Assembly: GCF_004010195.1 (NCBI RefSeq)
Contig: NC_057719.1
Span: forward strand, 36,543,959-36,607,958
DNA: 64,000 bases
Source: Chiloscyllium plagiosum
Lineage: Eukaryota
Reading direction: 5' to 3'
This document shows, piece after piece, positions 52,114-64,000 of the stretch. Made by a program: the position numbers and the translations under genes. The number at the start of each line of letters is the position of its first letter. Positions within the stretch are counted from its first letter, which is position 1. The notes beneath the pieces are model-generated. The model saw only the letters and a program-made list of their open reading frames with translations. It had not been told where the DNA came from and searched no databases.

Positions 52114-53978
52114 TTCCGCGTATAAATAAAGGGTGTCTTGGTAATGGATTATATCAGCCTCTGTGGAGTTATTTCACCATGCAGTAATGGCTTATGTTTT
52201 GCATTGTTATCCAGTGCCTTAATTCAAAGCTATGATACAGGATTGTTTACAAATATTTTGATGTCTGTGATGCTTATGGGAGTTAGTATCCTGTAGTATC
52301 TACTATTTAGAGTCATAGAGATGTACAGCACAGAAACAGACCCTTTGATCCAACTTGTCCATGCCGACCAGATATCCTAAATAAATCTAGTCCCATTTGC
52401 CAGCACTTGGCGCATATCCCTCTAAACCCTTCCTACCCATGCAGATGTCTTTTAAATGTTGTAATCGTCCCAGCCTCCACCACTTCCTCTGGCAGCTCAT
52501 TCCCTGGTAGCTCTGCAATTGTGTTTTTCTTCAGGCACTTATCCAATCCCCTACTGAAAACCGTAATTCCATCTGCCTCCACCACATGCTCAGGTAGGGC
52601 ATTCTAGATCCTAAGCACTGACAGGATAGTGGTGTACTGCAAGGATGAGGAAAGGCTGAGGGACCTGAGGCTGTTTTTGTCAACCAGAGATGTGGATAGG
52701 GTGGAAAATGAGAGACATTTTCCTCGGATGGTGATGGCTAGCACAAGAGGACATAGCTTTAAACTGAGAGGTGATACATATAGGACAGATGTCAGAGGTA
52801 ATTTCTTTACTCGGGGAGGAGTAGGGGCACTGCCTGCAACAGTAGTAGACTCACCAACTTTAACGGCATTTAAATGGTCATTGGATAAACATATGGATGA
52901 GTGTAGGAAAGACAGATGGGCTTCAGATTGGTTCCAAAGGTTGGCGCAACATTGAAGACTGAAGGGCCTGTCCTGTGCTGTAATGTTCTGTGTTCCATAT
53001 ATTCTATGAAATAATTTTCTTTGTGTGATGTTAATGTTAATGTACAACAGAAGCAAATCCAAAGAGATAATTTTGCATTAATTTCTCCATAAAATATAGT
53101 GGATTGAGAAATCACAAAAAAATTAAGATACTGCATCAATTAACTGTGTCCTCATTGCAATTTTATTCAATTAACTCGCCAACATTTCCTTACAAAATGT
53201 ACAAAAGAAACTCAATGCCTTGAGTGTGCAAGGCAGTGAACAGATGAACCATATAAGTTAGAAAGATCCCAAATTCAAGCATTAATTCCTGCTCAGTTAT
53301 CCAATTCCAACCAGAGCAATAAGTGGCAGCAAAACAATTGGTTTCTGTTCTTCTAAGCCAGGGGAGAAGAAGTTAATCTGGCTCTTGTTGATCATGAGCA
53401 TTGGAGGCTGAGGGGTGACCTTAGAGAGATTTATAAAATCATGAGGGACATGGATAGGATAAATAGACAAGGTCTTTTCCCCATGTTGGGAGAGTCCAGA
53501 ATTAGAGGGCATAGGTTTAGGATGAGAGGGAAAAGATATAAAAGGGACCTAAAGGGCAGTGTTTTCATACAGATGGTGGTGTGTGTATGGAATGAGCTGC
53601 CAGAGGAAGTGGTGGAGGCTGGGACGATTACAACATTTAAAAGACATCTGCATGGGTAGGAAGGGTTTAGAGGGATATGCGCCAAGTGCTGGCAAATGGG
53701 ACTAGATTTATTTAGGATATCTGGTCGGCATGGACAAGTTGGATCAAAGGGTCTGTTTCTGTGCTGTACATCTCTATGACTCTAAATAGTAGATACTACA
53801 GGATACTAACTCCCATAAGCATCACAGACATCAAAATATTTGTAAACAATCCTGTATCACAGTTTTAAATTAAGGCACTGGATAACAATGCAAAACATAA
53901 GCCATTACTGCATGGTGACATAACTCCACAGAGGCTGATATAATCCATTACCAGGACACCCTTTATTTATACGCGGAA
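52114..53978. repeat. 390-bp inverted duplication: 52114-52503 versus 53589-53978
   Basis: Arms are reverse complements with about 5 mismatches by manual count. They span an LTR end, unique sequence and a CR1 3' end. Confidence 0.92.
53400..53783 (+). mobile_element. CR1 LINE 3' end; another CR1-type 3' fragment at ~52615-52995
   Basis: RLRGDLREIYKIMRDMDRINRQGLFP. Tail CATCTCTATGACTCTA. Confidence 0.85.
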
Positions 53979-54584
53979 ATTCCTTGACTACGGTACAATC
54001 TCGTCAGAGGCAAATTGCAGAGTGTCAGGATGTCTGACACTCCTGTTTTTTTTCCTTCTTCTCCTTCCAATGCACTGGCTGTGGGCCAGCTAGTTCAGAA
54101 TCAGTCCCCTCCTCCGACACAACCAAGGAGAGTCCTTGACACTGATGCAGCTCCCTCAGAACCAGCTCTCAGATTGAACAGAATCTCTGACGCTCCTGTT
54201 AATTTTTTATTTTCATTACCCCCACACTACCGGCTAACTGCGGTAGTGCTCATTTTTTCCCCAGCACCCATGTTGTGTGCGTGCAGGGAGACACTCCTTT
54301 TTTTTTTACTCCCTGACACTGATCCAGCTCCCTCAGAGCCAGCTCTCAGAGTGAACAGGATGTCTGACACTCCTGTTCTTTTTTTCATTTACTCCCACAC
54401 TACCGCCTAACTGCGGTAGTGCTTATTTTTTCCCCTGCACCCATGTTGTATGTGTGCAGGTGTGGGAGACACTCCTGTTTTTAACTGTCAACTAGAGTTC
54501 CCTGATTGGACCAGGTTAACAGCCCCAATCAGGGAACTCCTATTCTGTGATGTCCACCTGGCTGATCTCATTACAATCATTACA
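53916..54584 (-). mobile_element. Rearranged solo LTR with internal tandem duplication
   Basis: Minus-strand TGTAATG...TCA termini, near-TSD CATGG/GATGG, AATAAA near the 3' end, ~178-bp unit duplicated at ~54133-54480, inverted CCAAT pair at ~54495-54539. Confidence 0.6.
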
Positions 54585-55279
54585 GATGGCACAACTGAAA
54601 AGGAAGGTATACAGTTCATATTAATTGCACCATTAAAACCCATCAAATCATGTAACATTACTTTATGATTGCGTCATAATACCTACTTTCAGCTATCTCC
54701 TTTTTTTATGTTTAGGTATTCATTAGGTTATTTCTATATGAGGAATGGAAAGGAAGTGTACAGATTATGCTTAATGTGATTTAGTCACAATTTTCTTTCT
54801 TTTTCTGAATTTTATAGTGTGTCCCAGAATTACCTCAATTTGAAAACAATCCAAAACTAATTCTATTTCAGTGACTGGACAAATTAATGTAACAATTTGA
54901 TGTATTTCTTCCCATTTATAAGATTTAGTCTATTTATTTACATCATCAGAGCTCTGTAATTAGAATCAGAAATGTATTTTCTCTACAGAATAATAGATCA
55001 TCACTCAAAGTCATTAAATGACCACACACTTGGCTTCTGTGTGCTCTGGGAAAACATTTTTAACTATTGTGAGGAGGTCTTTCTTTAGTCATGTAATTAA
55101 TAGATACATGGAAAGCAGCAGTGCACCACAATCATATACATAAAAGGTCTGTTTCAATTATCACATTGGTGAGCAAATACAAGACAATTAAGGTGCAATG
55201 CAATAATGAGAAAACAAAAATTTTTGTTCAGTTAGCCTAATGTTAATCAATAGGAGAACACAAAATTCTATTATTCAGA

Positions 55280-56085
55280 ACATAATAACAGAGGAAATAT
55301 AGGAAATCATAATGGGCTTTGGCAGTGCCACCACAGTTTATGAATAGGAAACCATGTTTGACAATTGTACTGTAGTTCTTTCAGGGTGTCACTGATGGAG
55401 GAGATAAGAGTGAAACCGGTGGATGTAATATGTTAAGATTTTCGAAGAGCATTTGAGAAGCTACGGTACAAGTGATAATTACATAATATTGCTCATTAAA
55501 GGGGATGACATGGTTGAGGTTTCTGAACTGACCAAAATTAGAAAAGGAAGAAATTAATTATTTTCAGGTTATGCTGCAGCTGTGAGGGCTCAAGTATTGT
55601 GTACAGTTCTGCTCTCCTTACTTGAGAAAGGATGGACTGGCACTGGAGGAGGTGCAAAGGAGGTTCACAGGGTTGATTCTAGAGTTGAAAGAGTTGGCTT
55701 ATGAGGAGAGATTGAGCAGACTGTGACTATACTCATTGGAGTTTGAGGGGGATCTTACAAACATATAAAATTATGATGAGAATAAACAAGACAAAAGTAG
55801 GGAGGTTATTTCATTGGAGGGTGAAACTTTATTTAGGGGGCATTGTCTGAAAATAAGGGGGAGCAGATTTAGGACTGAGCTGAGGAGGAACTTCTTCTCC
55901 CAAAGGGTTGTGAACCTATGGAATTCCCTGCCCTGTGAATGTTTTTAAGGCAAAGGTTCCACCTTTTGGAACAGTGAAGGAATTAAGATTTATGGTGAGC
56001 AGGCAGGAGAGTGGAGCTGAGTCCATGAAAAGATCAGTCATGGGGCCAGATGGCCTACTCCTATTTCTTATGTTCTTATCAACAA
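55280..56085 (+). mobile_element. Degenerate CR1 LINE remnants
   Basis: YCVQFCSPYLRKDGLALEEVQRRFT remnant. Tail CTTATGTTCTTAT. Confidence 0.7.
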
Positions 56086-56351
56086 TGATCTGATTGAAAG
56101 GTGGGACAGATTCGAGGAAGTGATTGACGTACTCATTTAGTTCAGTTAGCTGGGTAGCAGGATTACAAAGCAGAGTAATGCCAACATCATGGGTTCAATT
56201 CCTGCGCCAGCTGAGGTTACTGTGAAGGGTTCTCCTTCTCAACCTTTCTCCTTACCTGAGGCATTAAGACCCTCAGGTTAAAACACCACCAGTCATCTGG
56301 TATGGTAAGTCTATGGTAACTTGTATCCTTTTTTTCACATTTCCTGCGGTC

Positions 56352-56851
56352 NNNNNNNNNNNNNNNNNNNNNNNNNNNNNNNNNNNNNNNNNNNNNNNNN
56401 NNNNNNNNNNNNNNNNNNNNNNNNNNNNNNNNNNNNNNNNNNNNNNNNNNNNNNNNNNNNNNNNNNNNNNNNNNNNNNNNNNNNNNNNNNNNNNNNNNNN
56501 NNNNNNNNNNNNNNNNNNNNNNNNNNNNNNNNNNNNNNNNNNNNNNNNNNNNNNNNNNNNNNNNNNNNNNNNNNNNNNNNNNNNNNNNNNNNNNNNNNNN
56601 NNNNNNNNNNNNNNNNNNNNNNNNNNNNNNNNNNNNNNNNNNNNNNNNNNNNNNNNNNNNNNNNNNNNNNNNNNNNNNNNNNNNNNNNNNNNNNNNNNNN
56701 NNNNNNNNNNNNNNNNNNNNNNNNNNNNNNNNNNNNNNNNNNNNNNNNNNNNNNNNNNNNNNNNNNNNNNNNNNNNNNNNNNNNNNNNNNNNNNNNNNNN
56801 NNNNNNNNNNNNNNNNNNNNNNNNNNNNNNNNNNNNNNNNNNNNNNNNNNN
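56352..56851. other. Assembly gap (500 N)
   Basis: Run of N; the round length suggests a scaffolding placeholder. Confidence 0.98.
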
Positions 56852-57424
56852 ACTGAAAGAGTAGTCAATGCTGACTTGACCCTGTCTTTCGCCGAATCTT
56901 TCAATGGTGGGAATATATCATGTTGATGATCTGACACAAGACTTTGAGAAATTCCTCACTCTTCCACACTCTGTGCAGATGATAAAACTTCACCCAGTAT
57001 GTCTTAAGTACTGAAATTGGCTGTTTAGCCCAATTAATCTGTACTGCCTTTCCTAGTCTCTGTGTTTTATCTCTACTCTTTGACACTCATGTTTATTCTA
57101 CTTCTTCTTATGCACTGATCTAGTTTCCTTTTGAAAACACTGAAGCCATTTTTTTGTGGTAATGCAAATCCTCTGAGAAATTTCTCAATTTCTCTATTTT
57201 ACTTCATGTGCACTTATGATCCATAGTTTTAGATGAGCCCGCAAGTGAAGATATTGGGCAGAATTCAATGGAGCTCGCTAGAGTGAGCATGGTGGTGGAG
57301 GGGCCAGAAAAACTGACCAGCTCATTGGCAGGAAAACTGTTCCACACTTAGTACATTAGGATGTCAATTTGTGCAATTAATAAGCCACTTAAATCCATGC
57401 TTAAATGCTTCTCATTTTTTTAAA

Positions 57425-58240
57425 AATCTCTCTCCTCTCACCTTAAAAATGTGCCCCCAGTCTGAAAGTCTTCCATCTTAGGGAAAACACTACTACTAAC
57501 CATATCTATACCTCTCGTGGTTTTATAAGCTTCTATACGGACATACCTCAACCTCCCATGCTCCAGTGAAAGAAATCCCAGCTTATCCAGCCTGTCTTTG
57601 TAACTCAAACCTTCCATATTCAGCTATATCCTGGTAAATCTCTTCTGAACCCTCTCCAGCTAAATAAAATCCTTCCTATAACTGGGCCACCAGAACTGGA
57701 CACATTACTTCAGAAGAAGCCTCACCAATGTCCTGGACAACCTCAACATAATGTCCCAACTCCAGTACTCAAAGGACTGAGCAATGAAGGTAAGCATTCC
57801 AAACGCCTTTTTACCCACCCTGTCTACGTGACGCAAACTTCAAAGAATTAAATTCCTGAATCCCTCGATTGCTCTGTTCTACAAAACTACCCAAGGCCCT
57901 ACCATTAATTGTGTAAGTCCTACCCATGTTTGTTGAACCAAAATGCAATGTCTTGCATTTATCCAGATTGAACTCCATTTGCCATTTTCAAGCCATTGAC
58001 CGATTTGATCAAAATCCCTTTGTAATCTTAGAAAACCTTCTTCACTGTCTACTATACCACTAATTTTGGTGTCGTTCGCAAACTTACTAACTATGCCTTC
58101 TTCATTCTCATCAAAATCATTTACATAAATGACAAACAAGAGAACCGAGAATCAATTCCTGTGGAATACTGTTGGTGACAGGTTTTTAGTCTGAAAAACA
58201 ACCCTGCAGAACCACTGTCTATCTCCTGCCGTTAAGCCAA
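57425..58240 (-). mobile_element. CR1 LINE fragment
   Basis: FVIYVNDFDENEEGIVSKFANDTKISGIVDSEEGFLRLQRD. Confidence 0.85.
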
Positions 58241-58789
58241 TAGTCAAGCATTTTCATGTGATAGTGAACCCAAGTGACCCAAATACCTTTCAGTTTACCT
58301 GCTGTACCAATCTGCTGCTGGAATCTCAAAGAAGAAAGCGAGACAATGTTTTTTAGGCTACTTTCCAATATTTTGATATTCCCATCGCATTACCCTATTT
58401 TAAAATAGAATTGAGGACTGGATAGCCTTTAATGGATATACAATCGGCCCAGGAAATTACGGTTGATTAAGCTCTGGTAGTGCATTATGGGGCAAAACCC
58501 CAAAATCCAGTATAACTCACTTTGTCGAATCTTAGTGGCAGTGTCACAATAAAGCTTTCTTGAAGTAACTATGTCACAGATCAGTTAGAAGATAGTGTCT
58601 AATCTATTCTCAACACAATCTACCACAACACTCAAGTGCAGAAGAATTTCCCTTACTGCATTAGGATAGTATTTTCATTTGTCATATCAGCCACCACAAT
58701 GTATTAAAGTTTATCTCAGCAAAGATGATAAACTGGTTTCAAAATCTCAAGTTAAGCTACCATCTGTTCTTGACAAAATGGAACCATAC

Positions 58790-59521
58790 CTTTACAGACT
58801 TATCCATGGAAGCAGAGAGCAGTAAATGACTGTGTTTTTGCACAGGACACCAATGTATTGCAGTTACTGGTCCCTTGTGCTCAGAGGTCTGAAAGACCAA
58901 GCATTTTGGAATGTTTGTAACTTTGTATTGGTTTTCTAGGTAAGGCTTAATGAAGTCTGAAATTCTGTTCAAATGACTTAACTGGTGTTCTTCTGTTGCA
59001 GTACAGTTTATCTCAGAGATCAAAACTTCTGTGCTGTCTTTGAAGTCATTGCTTTTAGAAGTTATGTCCTTTTGCCTTAGTCTTTTGGGTATGTAAGGTT
59101 TAATGTTTTGAGCAGATGCCGCTGATGTTTGAAATGCTCTCTTCTGAGCTGAGGGGACCATCTTTACAGGAATTCTGTCAGATTTCCACTTCAGATTCAA
59201 TGTATTTTTATGGTCCTTTTGAGGAAACTGAAAATATGGCTCCTCATTCAAAAACTGCTCTGGAGGTCTTGGAATTAAACAAATATTTGTCTGTGTACAA
59301 TTCTGTGCACTGTTCCATTTGTGTTCCATATGTGCACATTCAGAAGATGCAACTTGTAATGCAAATTCACATCTAGTTGATTCCCATTCTGTGGTAGTTG
59401 GAAATGCAGATTGAAATTTTGAATGAACAAGATTATCTTCTCTCTGAAGAGGAATAACTTCTTCACTTTTGTCATAATCTGTTTCTGAATCTGAGGACTC
59501 ATAAGCAACCAGGGAATCCAT
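58790..59521 (-). CDS. WDR25: WD repeat-containing protein 25, first coding exon (244 codons; spliced gene, downstream exons not found in window)
   Basis: The translation MDSLVAYESSDSE...KPYIPKRLRQ...ISDFIKPYLENQYKVTNIPKCLVFQTSEHKGPVTAIHWCPVQKHSHLLLSASMDKSVK matches recalled human WDR25 motifs (MASLVAYDDSDSE; PYTPRRLRQ; VSEFIQPYLNSHYKETTVP; GHRGPVNTIQWCP; SHMLLSTSMDKTFK). ATG at 59521-59519. Phase-0 donor AAG|GTATGG after 58790. Candidate acceptor ATTACAG| ends at 59584. Confidence 0.93.
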
Positions 59522-60059
59522 ATGGCAATTTGTAATGGATAGAATCTGCACTCCACTCCTGGCACTGAAGCTGAAGAAGTTTCCTGTAATTATAATACTT
59601 TTATTAGTTCAAAGAATGAAAACTGGTTTCTTAGACATTATGATGCATTTTTCTTTCCGTTTCTGAATCTACCATAGTGCCAGCATTTAATATTTATCCT
59701 CTTTTATCATATGGCAGGTGATGTGGGGCAATACATGACATGGGGTTACATTGAAAAGAGAAGCAGCATTTTGGAAGCAGCTATTTTCATAATTCATCCT
59801 CTAAATACTCATTGAGTCCCTCTATTCCTGTGCCATTTTCCCATAATCCTTTCCCTTCAACTCTTGTACAGCTTGCTCATCTCTGAATTGTCTCCTTCTT
59901 ACACTTTCATTCACCAGACTCTAGTGCACCATATCATCTGAGGATGTCAAAAAGCTTTAAGCATGTCAGTGTTGGATGAGGCTATCAGAATGCATTTACG
60001 CTAATTACTAGCAGCGAGTAACTGATTCCCTGACCAGTACACCTCTCCGCTCAACTAGT

Positions 60060-61110
60060 TACTTATTCATTCATGGAATGTGGGCGTCTGCAGCTGGCCA
60101 GCATTTATTGTCAGTTCCTAGTTGCCCTTGAAAAGGCAGTGATGAGCTGCCTTCTTGAACAGCTACAGTCCATGTTCTGTAAGTTCACTTGCAATACCCT
60201 TAAGGAGGGAAATGGTGGTGTTCCAATGTATCTGCTATCCTTGTCCATTTAGATAGAAGTGGTTGTGGTTTTGTAAGGTGATAAGAGAGGATCTTTGGTG
60301 AATTTTTAAAGCGCATCTTGTAGATGGTATACACTTCTGTTACTGGGTATTGGTGATAGGAAGTGGGTGCTTGTGGATATTGTGCTAATCAAGCAGGCTG
60401 CTTTGTCCTGGATGGGGTCAAGTTTCCTAAGTGGGGTTGGTGCTACACCCATCCAGGCAAGTGGGGAGTACTGCATTACACTCCTGAATTGTGCCTTATA
60501 AATGAAGGACAGAGTTTGGAGAGTCAGGAGGTGAGTTACTTGCTTGCTCTGTACACCCTGTATTGATGTGATGAGTTTGGTTAAGTTTCTGGTCAACGAT
60601 AACCTTCAGGATACTGATAGTAGGGGAATTCAGTAACGAAAACACCACTGGATGTCAAGCAATGATGGTCAGATTGTCTCTTATTGGAGATAGTCATTGC
60701 CTGGCATTTCTGTGGCACAAAGGTTACTCGTCACTTGTCAGCTTATTGCATTCGAACATGGACTGCTTCAGTATCTGAGGAATCATGAATGGTGCTGAAC
60801 ATTGTGCAATCATTGGTGAACATCCCCAAACCTGACCTTATGATGGAGGGTCATTGATGAAACAGGAGCAGTGGTTGGGCCTAGGTCACTATCCTGAGAA
60901 ACTCCTACAGAGGTGGTCTGGAGCTGAGATGACTGACCTCCAACAACCACAACCATCTTCCACAACCAGTGCCAGGTATGATTCCAACAAGCAGAGAGTT
61001 TGCGCCCTGATACTCACTGACTCCAGTCTTGCTCAGGCTCCTTGACGCCACACTCAGTTAAATGCGGCCTGATTTCAAGGACTGTCACTCCCCCTCCTCA
61101 CCTCTGGGAT
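60060..61110 (-). mobile_element. Degenerate CR1/L2-group LINE (same family as 24780-27200) in the presumed WDR25 intron 1
   Basis: IYKAQFRSVMQYSPLAWMGVAPTPLRKLDPIQDKAACLI. Tail AATAAATGCTGGCCAGC. Confidence 0.8.
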
Positions 61111-61149
61111 TATTGCGGGATCTACCTTAAAACTTTGTAAGCGGTGGAT

Positions 61150-61570
61150 AGAATGACACTATGTAGCGGAAGTAATTATTTCGGTGAACGCTATCACCGT
61201 CAACGATTAAAGCCTCACAGCAAACTGACCAACTTCCGGTCCCTCCTCCTTTCCGCTCCCCCGCGCAACAACCCGATTGACATTTAGTTCCGAGAGTCAG
61301 GCTGGTTGAGAACGTGTCTGCTCCAGATTCGACAATCTTTCCCCAAAATATTCGGTACGCGGAGGCGGACACGGGAGCCTCGGCGACTCAGGGGCCGGAG
61401 TACCACTTCGGGTGCTCTCAGCGCGGGAGGTGGCGATAGCTGCACGTTTCTGATGCAATCGGGGCCGTGAGTGAGGAGGCGGAGGCCGGCAGGACGGGGA
61501 TGGTCTGAGGGTTAGGGGTAAGACAGGGCCTGGCAATACCAACCCTCTATCCCACCGGGTACGTGAGAGG
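61150..61570. promoter_or_regulatory. CpG island, likely bidirectional promoter of WDR25 (-) and WARS1 (+)
   Basis: Clearest CpG-dense non-repeat stretch in the window, 1.6 kb upstream of the WDR25 coding exon. ETS/GABP-type motifs CGGAAGT (61167-61173) and ACTTCCGG (61232-61239). Strong + strand donor GCC|GTGAGT at 61466/61467. Candidate - strand donor AAG|GTAGAT at 61126/61125. WARS1 identity rests only on the known mammalian head-to-head arrangement. Confidence 0.75.
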
Positions 61571-62794
61571 GGGGGTCAGGACTCAGCCTCCTGCATCAAT
61601 AACATCTATTTTCTGAACTTATTGGCAGGTCCCAATAGTTAAGCTTTGAAGAGAATGTCAGCTCCTCCTGATGGTGAGATGTCTTTACCGGCGACCCCCA
61701 TGGAGTTGTATGAGAAAGTGACTCTCCAAGGGGGTACTGTCCGACTGCTAAAGTCAAACAAAGCGCCAAAGGTGATTTTATCCGAATTATACTAGTGCAC
61801 AAAATTGTTAATACTATCTGTAAGTTTGGCTAAACTTTTAAATTTAGTCTGATGTCACAACCTTTTTGTGTATAAAATGTATTGAAACAATGTGAAATAT
61901 TCAATCATTTCAATAATTATCTAGTTTATTATTCAGTTTTTATTTGCGTCTTTTCTCACTGAGCTGTTTTGAAGGAGCGCTCTTTGAGAGTGCATGGATC
62001 ATTTCTCTGTTCCTATTCATGCCATAACGTTACTCTCAACCAAATACTTGCTTGTGCTCTGAAAGCTTACTAATTATACTTATCAAAGATGTTATCAAAA
62101 GGTTATTATTCTCTTTAAACTTCAAACTTTAGAATATAAAAATAGATAAAACAGAAAAGTTGAAATCTTTCAGTCTCTGAAATCATAATGGCTACAGTAC
62201 AGTAGGAGGCCGTTTGGCCTGTTGTGTCTGTGCTGGCTTTCTAGAGCAATTTGCCTCAGTGTAGAACCAGTAATGACATATGGCAAACCATACATGAAAT
62301 TGCCTTCTACAGCAACTTGTAAAATCAAAGAAGATTCCAGAATGTATGAGACTTAATTGCTGCATGTTATTTTGCTGATTTAATTGAAAGTGCCTTAGTA
62401 CTACTATAGTGGAAATTCAATGTGATTGTGTGTACATGTTAAGAAATTGAATTTTAAAATGTATAAAACCAATAAGTTGTATTGTATTGTATAGCATGGG
62501 CAGGCTTTTCCCCTGTGCTTTGGGTCATCTCTCTGTGAAATGGGCATCAGAAGCCTGTGCTAGGAGGAAATAGTCATCTGTAATTGTCCCCAAATTGCCA
62601 ATTAATTTCAAAATCCCTTTTACTCAGAGGGTTATGAACCATCAGAATTCTCTACCACAGAGGTCTGTGGAGGCTCAGTCTTTGAATATTGTTTTAAGGT
62701 ATTGAATGTGGTCAGGCTTGGCATGCTAAGTGGCCTGTTCCCATTCCTATGTTTGTAATAGGCTAGCAATGGGCTTGCATTGTCACTAAATATG

Positions 62795-63089
62795 GCAGGA
62801 GTCCAGAACTAGAGGGCATAGATTTAGGGTGAGAGGAGAAAGATACAAAAGAGATCTAAGGGGCAATGGTTTTATGCAGAGGACGGTACGTGTATGGAAT
62901 GAGCTGCCAGAGGAAGTGGTGAAGGCTGATACAATTGCAACATTTAAAAGGCATTTGGATGGTAACATGAATTGGAGGGACATGGGCCGGGTGCTGGCAG
63001 TTGGGACTAGATCAGGTTGGGATATCTGGTCGGCATAGACGGGTTGGACCGAAGGGTCTGTTTCCGTGTTGTAAATCTCTATGACTCTA
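62795..63089 (+). mobile_element. CR1 LINE 3' end
   Basis: RGERYKRDLRGNGFMQRTVRVWNELPEEVV. Tail CTCTATGACTCTA. Confidence 0.85.
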
Positions 63090-63563
63090 AGTAAGCTGAT
63101 GAAGCTAGAAATCCAATAACAGACCTTAAACACTGGAGAAGCAAAAACTGCTCTTTCAGATAAATAATGGAGATGATACACCCAAAATAGAGCTGAGCTT
63201 TTTCCAACTAATAATAACTTATTACCTAGTAACCAGGCTGCCACAGTGGTGCTCCACCACAAGGTGGCATGCAACAATAGCTGGAGTCAGGCAGGAAGAA
63301 TCTCAAAGCCAACCTGATTCTTGGCTTGCCCTGAGGGGACTACCTCTAGGAAGCTGAACTGTTCCTGCTATGGATGTGGCTGGGAAATTCTGTTTCACTC
63401 TGAAAATGAACCTTAATAAGGATTTAACAAGGTGCACTACCTGTTTCGAAATGTGGTTGGCGAATGGGCAGAGTGGGGAAATTGGTATGGCAGCTGGCAG
63501 CATGAATTTTATGCATCCACAGATCTCCATACCTACTGTAGCCTGTGTCTAAACGTTTAGCCG

Positions 63564-64000
63564 AGAGTCGTAGAGATGTACAGCACAGAAACAGACCCTT
63601 CAGTCCAACTCGTCAATGCCGACCAGATATCCATTTACCAACACTTGACCCATATCCCTCTAAACCCTTCCTATTCATATACCCATCCAGATGTCTTTTA
63701 AAAATTGTAATTGCACCAGCCTCCACCACATCCTCTGGCAGCTCATTCCATGCACACACTACCCTCTGCATGAAAACGTTACTCCTCAAGTCCCTTTTAA
63801 ATTTTTTCCCTCTCGTGCTAAACCTATGCGTTCTAATTGTGGATTCTCCCACCCCAGGGAAAAGACCTTGTCTATTTACCTTATCCACGCCCCTCGTGAT
63901 TTTATAAACCTCTATAAGGTCACCTCTCAGCCTCCAGTGAGAACAGTCCCAGATTATTCTCTCTGTATTCAAACCCTGCAATCCTGGCAACATCCTTGTA
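63564..64000 (-). mobile_element. CR1 LINE 3' end (runs off window)
   Basis: RLRGDLIEVYKITRGVDKVNRQGLFP. Tail CATCTCTACGACTCT. Confidence 0.88.

Noticed and set aside
54133..54480. CRISPR-like or terminator-like repeats with hairpins
   Set aside because: Eukaryotic context, only two units, no unique spacers, no cas genes.
56313..56937. Long ORFs of 183-201 aa
   Set aside because: Artefacts of translating the N gap.
58757..59551. 264-aa single-exon ORF as a complete gene
   Set aside because: The track begins at a non-ATG codon and reads through the splice donor; the supported exon is 58790-59521.

Overview
Vertebrate genomic DNA. The repeat families suggest a cartilaginous fish (shark), which is an inference. 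The window is dominated by decayed retroelements. The only host coding sequence I can support is the large first coding exon of WDR25 (minus strand, 58790-59521). A CpG island at about 61150-61570 is probably the WDR25/WARS1 bidirectional promoter (inferred from vertebrate synteny). I found no further WDR25 exons, so most of the window probably lies in one very long WDR25 intron. The left end holds the 3' part of an endogenous retrovirus: a decayed gamma-type env, a polypurine tract and a complete 3' LTR, abutted by an L1/Tx1-type LINE 3' end. The rest contains CR1/L2-type LINEs, RTE LINEs, tRNA-derived SINEs, solo LTRs and many Penelope-like (PLE) insertions. The PLE termini carry minimal type I hammerhead ribozyme motifs of at least four sequence families, are often arranged as inverted arms, and are flanked by 8-16 bp target-site duplications. 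Also present are a 390-bp local inverted duplication, a locally templated ~80-bp insertion and a 500-N assembly gap. Repeat boundaries are approximate unless a TSD or terminal motif is quoted.
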